Positions 14,162 through 23,452 of a stretch of DNA of 64,000 nucleotides are shown here, piece by piece. Location: the NCBI RefSeq assembly GCF_035594765.1, contig NC_085843.1:25187955-25251954 (forward strand), written 5' to 3'. Both the position numbers and the translations under genes were made by a program. The first letter of the stretch is position 1. Each line of letters starts with the position of its first letter. The DNA is from Anolis carolinensis. Its lineage: Eukaryota. The notes below the pieces were generated by a model that worked only from the letters and a program-made list of their open reading frames with translations, ran no database searches and was not told the origin of the DNA.

Positions 14162-15019
14162 TGTGATGTCTCATGGGCCTTGTAGTCCCGTTCCTAGTGT
14201 TATTATGGCAGACGAGGAGGAAAACATGGGATTTCCACCAGTTCAGCTTGAATCGGAGCCTCTCCACCTGGAGGATGTTTGTCCTCAGGAAGTTAACCAA
14301 ACAAGCCTTGGGCAGAATTCTCCCCCGTTTTCCCGAAAGGACAATTATAATAGAGATAGAGGAGTCAGGGAGGCAAATCGCTGGAGTCTCAGAATCGCTG
14401 CCAAACAATTAGCTGATTAGGTCTGCTTCCCTTGGGAAATTCTAAGGAGTCATGCATCTGGACAGAGTTGGGTTTCGCTTCTTGTTCTCCAGGGAAAGTG
14501 TTCTGTTGGCGGGAAAACAAGACCCTATATAGGGGTTTTGCCGCAAGGGGAACCTTGCGGAGTCAATTGATCAGCTTGAGAGAGAGATCGTGTGTGGACT
14601 ACGTATTCCTTGTTCCCTGCTTCCCGGATCTAGTTTCAAGTCTTGCCTTGTCTCACGTTTTGCCACGGACCTTGTTTCATGCTTCAAGTTGCCACGTTTC
14701 AAGTCTTTGATCCAGCCAAGAATCAAGCTTAAGTTCCAGCCTTGTTGTCAAGCTTCAATGGACTATAAGACCTTGTCATCTCCCCACACTTCTGCTTGGC
14801 AAAGTGTGTGTTTCGGTTAATGGATTATAACTTTGAACTCTAATATCTTATATTGGACATTATTTTCCTGGACTATAATTGGCCTTTCCTGAAAGGTCTG
14901 CTTCTGAACTTTATTCTTCACTTGTTTTTATTGACTTTATATATTTCTATAATAAAGATATTAGATAGATTCTGGCCTCTGTGTAAGGTTATTGGTGCTC
15001 TGCAGCCTGGGTCCTGACA
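14162..15019 (+). repeat. 5' LTR
   Basis: Starts TGTGATG and ends TGACA. TATATA at 14526, AATAAA at 14951. Four visible differences from the 3' LTR. Confidence 0.97.
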
Positions 15020-15031
15020 GTTTGAATCCGC
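15020..15031 (+). other. Primer-binding site, self-priming type (not tRNA)
   Basis: GTTTGAATCCGC lacks the TGG expected of a tRNA PBS and is complementary (9/10) to GCGGAGTCAA at 14557-14566, about 30 nt downstream of the LTR TATA. Confidence 0.75.
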
Positions 15032-15062
15032 CACCTTAAGCACCAAACAACCTAAGGCCAGA

Positions 15063-16049
15063 ATGTCTACAGGAACCGGAGCGGAGGCTCAACCGGCCAG
15101 TTACACCATTTCCCAAGAAGAATTCAATAGAATCCGTGATACTCTCCGAACGCAGGAGGGTGAAATAATGGGCTTGAAGGAACGCGGAGTGCGTCTTCCT
15201 GCCCTAGCGCTACCAACCAAGTTTTCCGGAGAAGCTTCCAAGGTTCATGTTTTCCGTCGCCAGTGTCAGGCGTACTTAGAAGCCCGCCAAGCCGAATTTG
15301 CCCAAGAAGATGTCAAAGTGGCGTGGATCTACAGTCTCCTAGATGGGCCTGCAGCCAATTGGGTGACGGCGCTGTTTGATGCGGGTTCCACGCACCTAAG
15401 CTCTGCGCAAACTTTCCTGAACCACCTTAGAAAGACCTGGGGGATCGAAGACGACGAGGAGGCGGCCGGCCATAAACTCCGGCGTCTCTTCCAAGGGGAC
15501 AGGCCGTTGTCCCGGTACATAGCCGAGTTCCGGGTGCTGGCTCAGAACACCGGCTGGAACGATATAGCCCTTAGAGGACAGTTTCGCGAGGGCCTCAACT
15601 TCGAGATGCAGGAAGAGATCTCTAAGGTGGATCCTCCAGGGACTCTTGAGAGACTCATCAGCCAGTGTCTACGTGCCGAAGCCCTGATAGCCAACAAAAA
15701 ACAGTGGCTCCGAGGCCAGAGTGGGAGAGCCGGAGTGAAACCCCCCGCTTCTGCCAGCGTTCAGCCACGTCCAGCATGGAGAGTTCCACCGCCAGCCCCA
15801 AACCCCGTGGGTAGCGAGGAGGAGCCGATGCAGTTGGGCAATGTCCGCCCCAGACTGGATGTTGCCGAAAAGGCCCGCCGCCAACTTTTGAATTTGTGTT
15901 GGTACTGCGGGAATGGGGGCCACTTCGCCAGAGAATGTCCAGCCAAAAGAAAGCCCGCCGCCCGCCTGGCGGCGGCGTCCTCCGTGGAGCCAGAAACGGC
16001 CGAGGCGGCTGGAGCCAAGCCGGCGGGGGAAGCCAGCGACCGGGCGTAG
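15063..16049 (+). CDS. gag: Gag (PEG10/RTL-like capsid plus CCHC zinc knuckle)
   Basis: Intact 328-aa ORF with an LPTKFSGE...FRRQC capsid motif, LFQGDRPLSRYIAEFR, EPMQLG and a CWYCGNGGHFAREC knuckle. Confidence 0.95.
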   Translation: MSTGTGAEAQPASYTISQEEFNRIRDTLRTQEGEIMGLKERGVRLPALALPTKFSGEASKVHVFRRQCQAYLEARQAEFAQEDVKVAWIYSLLDGPAANWVTALFDAGSTHLSSAQTFLNHLRKTWGIEDDEEAAGHKLRRLFQGDRPLSRYIAEFRVLAQNTGWNDIALRGQFREGLNFEMQEEISKVDPPGTLERLISQCLRAEALIANKKQWLRGQSGRAGVKPPASASVQPRPAWRVPPPAPNPVGSEEEPMQLGNVRPRLDVAEKARRQLLNLCWYCGNGGHFARECPAKRKPAARLAAASSVEPETAEAAGAKPAGEASDRA

Positions 16050-19000
16050 AGAGGCTCGCCAACCCGGTCAAAAACCCCACTCAAGAGCCGCAAACCGGGG
16101 TCCTATTTCTCCTGGTGGTCACGCTGTGGTCAGCGAAAAAAGGACCCGTCATGATCCATGCCATGATAGATTCAGGGGCAACAAACAACTTCATCGATAG
16201 AGAGTATGCCGACTCTCTGGGATTACAATATCATGATTTCAAGAATGCCCGGGTGGTGCAGGCCATAGATGGCCGTCCCCTAAAGACAGGTCCAGTAAGC
16301 CAATGGACTGAACCCACCAGGATGTGGATAAGGGAACACATGGAAGAAATTTCTTTCTTCGTTACCGAGGTTCCCCACTTCCCTGTGATTTTGGGGATTC
16401 CATGGCTGACACTCCACGACCCAAACATCTCCTGGTCCAACAGAGAACTACAGTTTGCCTCAAGATATTGCCAAAACCATTGTCTAGTAGCCAAGGTCTG
16501 TCATGCCACGGACGCTGAGCCCATCATCACCTTGCCCAAGAAATATTCGGACTTTTGGGATGTTTTCAATAAAAAGGAAGCCGAGAAACTACCCCCACAT
16601 AGACCCTACGACTGTGCCATCGACTTGGTGGAGGGGGCCCCGATTCCGCGAGGACACCTCTACTCCCTGACTGAACCAGAGCAAGAAGCTCTCAGGGAGT
16701 TTATAGAGTCAAACCTTCGCAAGGGGTTCATCATACCCTCTCAATCCCCAGCTGCTTCCCCAGTGATGTTTGTGAAAAAGAAGTCAGGGGACCTACGCTT
16801 GGTTGTGGACTATAGAGCATTGAACAATATCACGAAGCGGAATCACTACCCCCTGCCTTTGATCTCAGACCTATTAGACCGGCTCCGAGGGGCCAAGGTT
16901 TACACCAAGCTGGATCTCCGGGGGGCTTATAATCTAGTTCGCATCAGAGAAGGGGACGAATGGAAAACCGCCTTCCAGACCAAATTCGGATTATTTGAGT
17001 CCCTAGTCATGAATTACGGATTATCTGGAGCTCCCGCAACATTCCAGCATTTTGTCAACGATATCTTCCAGGATTATCTAGATCGGTTCTTGATCATATA
17101 TTTGGACGATTTTTTGGTGATTTCTAGATCACAATCGGAACACGAGCAACACGTCAGAATGGTGCTACAACGATTGCGGGATCATGGACTATATGCCAAG
17201 TTAGAAAAATGCACCTTTGATCTGCAAGAAGTAGACTTCCTGGGATACCGCGTCTCGCCACTAGGGCTCTCCATGGACCCGGCAAAGGTTTCAGCAGTAT
17301 TGGAATGGCGGGCGCCAACCAACAAGAAGGAAGTGCAGCGCTTCTTGGGGTTTGCAAACTACTACCGCAAATTCGTCCCAGACTTCGCTCGCTGGTCGGA
17401 CCCAATCACCAGCTGCATCCGTGGGAAACAGCCTTTCCGCTGGACGGAGCAAGCAGAGAAAGGGTTCCAGCAACTAAAGAAGTTATTCATGACCCAGCCA
17501 ATTCTACAGCACCCTGATTCTAAAACCCCTTTTGTTGTGCAGGCTGACGCCTCTGATGTGGCAACTGGGGCTATACTCATGCAACCAATGGGAGGACATC
17601 TTCATCCTTGTGCCTATTACTCCCGTCAACTAACAGCCCCAGAGAGAAATTACACTATTTGGGAGAAAGAACTTTTGGCCATAAAGGCAGCCTTTGAAAA
17701 TTGGAGACATTGGTTAGAAGGGGCCAAATTTCCCATTGAGGTTCATACTGATCATCGAAATTTGGAACACCTAAGGACCGCACGAAAGCTAAATCAAAGG
17801 CAGCAGCGCTGGGCTTTATTCTTTGAACGTTTTGACTTCCAGATCCATTATGTAACCCCGGCTCAGACCAAGCAGGCAGATGCTCTATCACGGAAACCAG
17901 AGTATGCTGCAGGATGCAGAGAGATCTCCGAATCTCGATTGCTGCAGCCCGAAAACTTTGCCACGCTCACAGTGGGAAACACCAAATCCACTTCAATTAA
18001 ACCAACTCCCTCTAACCCAGAACCCCTTTGCGCTCAAGAAATTAGAGCCAGTCAGCAGGCAGATGCCTGGGCTCAAGAACAGATTCGCCAAGGACTATGT
18101 TTCCCTTTCTCACTTAAGGATGGGCTACTATGCTACAGGAATCATGTTTACATCCCTCCAGGTCCAGGCAGAGAAAAGGCACTTCATCTGTGTCATGACT
18201 GCAAGCCAGCAGGGCATTTTGGACTTTTTAAAACCATGCACTTGATCCTACGAGATTTCTGGTGGCCCAAGATCCGCAAGGATGTGGAGAAATATGTCAA
18301 TACCTGCCCGGTATGTCAGCGTTCCAAGACAAGAAGGGAGAAGCCGTCAGGGCTACTGCATCCCCTTCCTACTCCATCTCGCCCATGGGAGATAATTTCC
18401 GCGGATTTTATCACTGACCTACCACCCTCCCTTGGATTTACCACGATACTAGTAGTGGTGGACCTTTTTACCAAGTTAGCCCATTTCATTCCCTGCGATG
18501 GTCTCCCCACAGCCAAAGAGACTGCAGATTTATTCCTCCAACATGTTTTCCGACTACACGGATTGCCCAAGAGTTTAGTCACTGACCGTGGATCTCGTTT
18601 CTGGAAAGCACTACAGAAACTATTGGGCATAGACTCTCGTTTATCTTCAGCTCACCATCCCCAAACGGATGGGCAAACTGAGCGCACCAATGCCACTTTG
18701 GAACAATACTTTCGCTGTTATGTAAACTACCAACAGGACAATTGGGCTTCCCTATTACCTCTATCGGAGTTTGCTTACAACAATGGTGTCCAGGCTTCAA
18801 CTAAAGAAACCCCGTTCTTTGCAAACTACGGCTTCCATCCACGTTTCTTCCCTTCTGTCATTGAAACTTCAGAAGTCCCTGCAGCGGAGGACTGGCTGCA
18901 AGAACTCACAGCGGTGCAACAACTCTTGCACCAACAACTGGATCAAGCCAAGGAGGACTATAAACGCCACGCTGACAGCCATCGCCAGCCGGGCCCTGAG

Positions 19001-19489
19001 ATCAAGGTAGGAGATCGGGTTCTGTTGTCCACTCGCTTTTTGCCCTCCCACTGTCCTTGCCGGAAGTTAGATGCCCGCTTCATTGGTCCCTACCCAGTGG
19101 TGGCGCAGCTTAACCCCGTGACTTTCAAACTCCAACTTCCGCGCTCCATGCGCATTCATCCGGTGTTTCATCGTTCCCTGCTCCTTCCGGCGGATGGGGT
19201 ATGCCCCGATGTGGACCGGCCGGCCCCCACCCCTGTTTCGGTGGATGGGGAGGAGGAATTCGAGTTTCGGGACATTTTGGATTCTCGCTTCCATCGCCGC
19301 CGCCTCCAGTATCTCATTGACTGGGTGGGTTTTGGCCCCGAAGAACGCTCTTGGGAAGACGCTTCCACGGTCCATGCCCCCGACTTAGTTCGCCGCTTCC
19401 ATCAGGCCTACCCTGCCAAGCCGCGGCCCCGCGACTCAAGGAGAGGGGCCTTGTTGGAGAGGGGCCTTGAGGGGGGGGGGATAGTGTGA
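16025..19489 (+). CDS. pol: Pol (protease, RT, RNase H, integrase, chromodomain) in the -1 frame relative to gag
   Basis: The open frame 15896-19489 contains AMIDSGAT (aspartic protease), YLDD (RT), QADAS (RNase H), HHCC plus DDE plus GPY (integrase) and EEEFEFRDILDSR...YLIDWVGFGPEERSWE (chromodomain). Start placed at the inferred frameshift site. Confidence 0.93.
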   Translation, partial: GGSQRPGVERLANPVKNPTQEPQTGVLFLLVVTLWSAKKGPVMIHAMIDSGATNNFIDREYADSLGLQYHDFKNARVVQAIDGRPLKTGPVSQWTEPTRMWIREHMEEISFFVTEVPHFPVILGIPWLTLHDPNISWSNRELQFASRYCQNHCLVAKVCHATDAEPIITLPKKYSDFWDVFNKKEAEKLPPHRPYDCAIDLVEGAPIPRGHLYSLTEPEQEALREFIESNLRKGFIIPSQSPAASPVMFVKKKSGDLRLVVDYRALNNITKRNHYPLPLISDLLDRLRGAKVYTKLDLRGAYNLVRIREGDEWKTAFQTKFGLFESLVMNYGLSGAPATFQHFVNDIFQDYLDRFLIIYLDDFLVISRSQSEHEQHVRMVLQRLRDHGLYAKLEKCTFDLQEVDFLGYRVSPLGLSMDPAKVSAVLEWRAPTNKKEVQRFLGFANYYRKFVPDFARWSDPITSCIRGKQPFRWTEQAEKGFQQLKKLFMTQPILQHPDSKTPFVVQADASDVATGAILMQPMGGHLHPCAYYSRQLTAPERNYTIWEKELLAIKAAFENWRHWLEGAKFPIEVHTDHRNLEHLRTARKLNQRQQRWALFFERFDFQIHYVTPAQTKQADALSRKPEYAAGCREISESRLLQPENFATLTVGNTKSTSIKPTPSNPEPLCAQEIRASQQADAWAQEQIRQGLCFPFSLKDGLLCYRNHVYIPPGPGREKALHLCHDCKPAGHFGLFKTMHLILRDFWWPKIRKDVEKYVNTCPVCQRSKTRREKPSGLLHPLPTPSRPWEIISADFITDLPPSLGFTTILVVVDLFTKLAHFIPCDGLPTAKETADLFLQHVFRLHGLPKSLVTDRGSRFWKALQKLLGIDSRLSSAHHPQTDGQTERTNATLEQYFRCYVNYQQDNWASLLPLSEFAYNNGVQASTKETPFFANYGFHPRFFPSVIETSEVPAAEDWLQELTAVQQLLHQQLDQAKEDYKRHADSHRQPGPEIKVGDRVLLSTRFLPSHCPCRKLDARFIGPYPVVAQLNPVTFKLQLPRSMRIHPVFHRSLLLPADGVCPDVDRPAPTPVSVDGEEEFEFRDILDSRFHRRRLQYLIDWVGFGPEERSWEDASTVHAPDLVRRFHQAYPAKPRPRDSRRGALLERGLEGGGIV
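19469..19484 (+). other. Polypurine tract of the Gypsy element
   Basis: G-rich purine run (GA + G10 + ATAG) immediately 5' of the 3' LTR. Confidence 0.9.
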
Positions 19490-20342
19490 TGTCTCATGGG
19501 CCTTGTAGTCCCGTTCCTAGTGTTATTATGGCAGACGAGGAGGAAAACATGGGATTTCCACCGGTTCAGCTTGAATCGGAGCCTCTCCACCTGGAGGATG
19601 TTTGTCCTCAGGAAGTTAACCAAACAAGCCTTGGGCAGAATTCTCCCCCGTTTTCCCGAAAGGACAATTATAATAGAGATAGAGGAGTCAGGGAGGCAAA
19701 TCGCTGGAGTCTCAGAATTGCTGCCAAACAATTAGCTGATTAGGTCTGCTTCCCTTGGGAAATTCTAAGGAGTCATGCATCTGGACAGAGTTGGGTTTCG
19801 CTTCTTGTTCTCCAGGGAAAGTGTTCTGTTGGCGGGAAAACAAGACCCTATATAGGGGTTTTGCCGCAAGGGGAACCTTGCAGAGTCAATTGATCAGCTT
19901 GAGAGAGAGATCGTGTGTGGACTACGTATTCCTTGTTCCCTGCTTCCCGGATCTAGTTTCAAGTCTTGCCTTGTCTCACGTTTTGCCACGGACCTTGTTT
20001 CATGCTTCAAGTTGCCACGTTTCAAGTCTTTGATCCAGCCAAGAATCAAGCTTAAGTTCCAGCCTTGTTGTCAAGCTTCAATGGACTATAAGACCTTGTC
20101 ATCTCCCCACACTTCTGCTTGGCAAAGTGTGTGTTTCGGTTAATGGATTATAACTTTGAACTCTAATATCTTATATTGGACATTATTTTCCTGGACTATA
20201 ATTGGCCTTTCCTGAAAGGTCTGCTTCTGAACTTTATTCTTCACTTGTTTTTATTGACTTTATATATTTCTATAATAAAGATATTAGATAGATTCTGGCC
20301 TCTGTGAAAGGTTATTGGTGCTCTGCAGCCTGGGTCCTGACA
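19485..20342 (+). repeat. 3' LTR
   Basis: 858-bp direct repeat of 14162-15019. Confidence 0.97.
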
Positions 20343-20471
20343 CTTAGGGAAATACATTTCCCAGGTACTGTTTACAACCTGTCACCAGAAAGAAAGAGTG
20401 AGATAGACCTCTCTCCTTGTCTCTTTCCCCTTGTTCTTTTGATGCTGCCAATGGGAGTATAGTGTCTAGAT

Positions 20472-20604
20472 CAGTGGTTCTCAACCTGGTCCCCAGATGT
20501 TTTTTGCCTTCAACTCCCAGAAATCCTAACAGCTGGTAAATTGGCTGGGATTTCTGGGAGTTGTAGGCCAAAAACATCTGGGGACCCCAGGTTGAGAACC
20601 ACTG
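20472..20604. mobile_element. hAT MITE inserted in CR1
   Basis: TIRs plus a perfect 8-bp TSD GTCTAGAT. Confidence 0.92.
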
Positions 20605-20710
20605 GTCTAGATCAAAGGAAGTAATTGTGCCTCTCTATTCTGTTTTGATTAGATCTCACCTGGAATACTGTGTCGAATTATGGGTACCACAATTCAAGAT
20701 GTATACTGTA

Positions 20711-20971
20711 TTTTTTTTTCATGTCAGGAGCAACCGAAGTTGCTTCTGGAGTGAGAGAATTGGCCGTCTGCAATGACGTTGCCCAGGGGACGCCCAGATG
20801 TTTTGATGTTTTACCATCCTTGTGAGAGGCTTCTCTCATGTCCCCGCATGGAGCTGGAGCTGATAGAGGGAGCTCATCCGCACTCTCCCCAGGTGGGATT
20901 CGAACCTGGCAACTTTCAGGTCAGCAACCCAACCTTCCAGTCACTTAGTCCACTACGCCATCTGGGGGCTC
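20711..20971 (-). mobile_element. Anolis SINE2-like tRNA SINE with poly(A) tail
   Basis: A/B boxes (GGTTCGAATCCC), poly-A tail, TSD TATACTGTA. Confidence 0.85.
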
Positions 20972-21429
20972 TATACTGTATTGATAAACTGGAATGTGTC
21001 CAGAGCAGGGCAACTAAAATTATTAAAGGTCTAGAGACCATGCCCTATGAGAAGCATCTTAAAGAGCTAGTCATGTTTTGCCTGTAGAAAAGAAGGTTAA
21101 AAAGAGATATGACATCCATGTATAAATATTTGTAAGGATGCTATAAGGAAGAAGGAGCAGACTTGTCTTCTGATGCCCTGGAGACTAAGGAAAGGAGGTT
21201 CAACTCTAACATTATGAAGAACTTCCTGAACCATAAGAGCTGTTCAGCATTGGAACTCACTGCCTCAGAGTGTAGTGGAGGCTTTTAAACAGAGGCCGGA
21301 TGACCAACTGTCAGGGGTACTTTGATTGTGCTTTTCCTGCATGGCAGGGAGATGGACTAGATGGCCCATATGGCCTTTTCCAACTCTATGATTCTATGAT
21401 TCTCCCTTAAATTGCTGGTACTGCCACTA

Positions 21430-21766
21430 AGGACCTTATCAGATGGGCTGGGGTAAAGCGGGGGACAGTGGGGGAAATCGTGGGACAGTGGAGGGAACCA
21501 TCAGGCTCTGTACTTTGCTGTCGGGGTTTATGATGTTTCTTCCCATGCAGTTTCCCCATCTGTCCCCGCTTCCTCTTCATTTCCTCTTCCTTCTTCAATG
21601 AGGAGTCAGACAAACACCTGACTCCTCTGAGTTCCACTGCCACAATGCTGATGCAATGGAGCCCCACAGATCCTGCGAGAAATAGCCCTGCATCATGTGA
21701 TGGACTCCATTGGAATCCATTCTGCAGCAGAGAGAAGCAGGGAAGACCTGCATCTGATAAGGTCCT
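21430..21766. mobile_element. MITE with 16-bp perfect TIRs (Harbinger-like)
   Basis: AGGACCTTATCAGATG (21430-21445) and CATCTGATAAGGTCCT (21751-21766). Confidence 0.7.
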
Positions 21767-22247
21767 ATGTGTAACTTCTACACTGTTTGTAGAAGTGAGG
21801 GGAAGCTACAAACTGGGTTACAACTCAATCAAAAGAAATATTTAGCAGTGTAGTAATCACACAGTTCTGTTCCATGCTCCTAAAACCCACACTTTTGAGA
21901 TCAAAATCAAAATCCAATTATTACTCACAAATAGAAATAGATTCCTTGAAAAATTAATCAGTAAGGCAGCACTTATACACATTCCGTTGAACCACTGAGT
22001 CTACTTCATTTGGGACTGACAATAATTCTACTTAGAAGTAGACATTTGGCAATTTTGATGTTGTTCAGTACCTTCAAGTCATTTCTGACTAAGGGCAACC
22101 CTAAAGTGAACCTATCACCGGATTTTACGGGTAATATTTCTTCAGAAAAGGTTTGCCTTTGCTACCTTCTGAATCTGAGAGGGTGGGACCTGCTCAATGG
22201 GTTTTAATGACTGACTTGGGATTTGAGCTGTGTTTTCCATAGTGTTA

Positions 22248-22398
22248 GGGCCCTTCCACACAGCCATATAACCCAGAATATCAAGGTAGAAAATCCCGCA
22301 ATATCTACTTTGAACAGAGTTATCTGAGTCCACACTGCCACATATTCCAGTTCAAAGCAGAAAATGTGGGATTTTATTGAGCTGTGAGGAAGGGGCCA
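22248..22398. mobile_element. Harbinger-like palindromic MITE (GGCCCTTCCACACAG family)
   Basis: TIRs ggcccttccacacagc / gctgtgaggaaggggcc. Relatives at about 27159-27298, 30078-30177, 30724-30875 and 50062-50208. Confidence 0.7.
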
Positions 22399-23390
22399 TA
22401 GTCACAAGCAATTACACCATTCTGGTCCTCTTGATGATATTACTACTTTGAACACAGACTGTTGCATGCCAGAGTGTTTTCAATAAGATGTGGCAAAATC
22501 ATGCATAGGAGAGGGATGGGAAGATAGTTACACTTGCTTTGTTTTGGCGAATGAAAAAAAGAGACTATACTGTGCATAGTATTACTGTTGCCTTCAAGTC
22601 ATTTTTAGACTTAAGTAAATCCGGAACAAACCTAGCAATCAAGTAGGTTCCAAAAGCTCTTTTGCTTCCAAGTTTTCACTTGTTCTCTGAACCACAGCAA
22701 GGTTGGCACCAATCATATTTCCAAGAGGAGATAACTGGGGTGCGACAGCAGAATAGCTTAACTCCTGTGTCATCCCACACTATATGGTTAGGACACAGTG
22801 AAAGGTCTCAAGAAAATTTACAAAATAGATTGTGCCTTGTGCTTTCATAAGGAATGCATAGATAAGCCAGATGCTCTGGATTCTTAGACCCCCTGATCTT
22901 TCCCATTTTGGTTGAAATTTACAAAAGCCATAACTAATGTACATGAAGGATAATGCCTCATGGCTAGCCCTGTCATGAGGCATTATTTTAGCAACTCCCT
23001 ATTGCTTCTTACTGCCAGGCATTTGCCACCGAAACAGACAGCTGATAGCAGAAGGCAGCAGTCTACTTCACCATGACATGTAGAGAATCTGGTGCCTTAC
23101 GCCTTGCTTCACCTGCCTTGCCAGGAGGGCAATCACATGGGGGAAGTGTGGAGTGTGTGACTTTTCCCCAAGGATTGTGCAACATGGGAAGCCTCCCATG
23201 TTGCCAGGGTGACAGCAGCATGCCGGTTCCACCCCTCTACACCCACGGAGCTGGCACAACATCATTTGATGGTAGCCGGCCAGCTTTGTGGGTGACTGGG
23301 GCTAAATCAGCATTTGCCACCAAATCTAGCCCCCTATGATGAGGTCGTAGTCATACATATGCTAGTTTAGGAGAAATTAGGTCTACTTAC

Positions 23391-23452
23391 CCCATAACTT
23401 GATGCTCATAATGCTGCAGTGTCCTCTGGAGTGTCTGCCTTATGGTCTGAGG
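23391..23452 (-). CDS. GUCY1A2: GUCY1A2 coding exon 2
   Basis: ttctgtag|CCT... encodes PQTIRQTLQRTLQHYEHQVMG (human recalled as PQTIQQTLKRTLQYYEHQVIG). Donor GG|gtaagt; 62 bp; phases fit exons 1 and 3. Confidence 0.95.

Larger units (their letters stand above)
14162..20342 (+). mobile_element. Full-length Ty3/Gypsy LTR retrotransposon (chromovirus, Tf1/sushi group)
   Basis: TG...CA LTRs of 858 bp; 5-bp TSD CTTAG (14157-14161, 20343-20347); gag and pol ORFs; PPT before the 3' LTR; domain order PR-RT-RH-IN-chromodomain. Confidence 0.98.
20440..21401 (+). mobile_element. CR1 LINE 3' fragment with nested hAT MITE and SINE
   Basis: Encodes DKLECVQSRATKIIKGLETMPYEKHLKEL and ends in the (ATTCTATG)n CR1 tail. 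Confidence 0.88.

Noticed and set aside
14163-14820. Short ORFs in the LTR (duplicated at 19486-20143) as accessory or env genes
   Set aside because: Short, mostly non-ATG starts, no recognisable motifs, and duplicated only because the LTR is.
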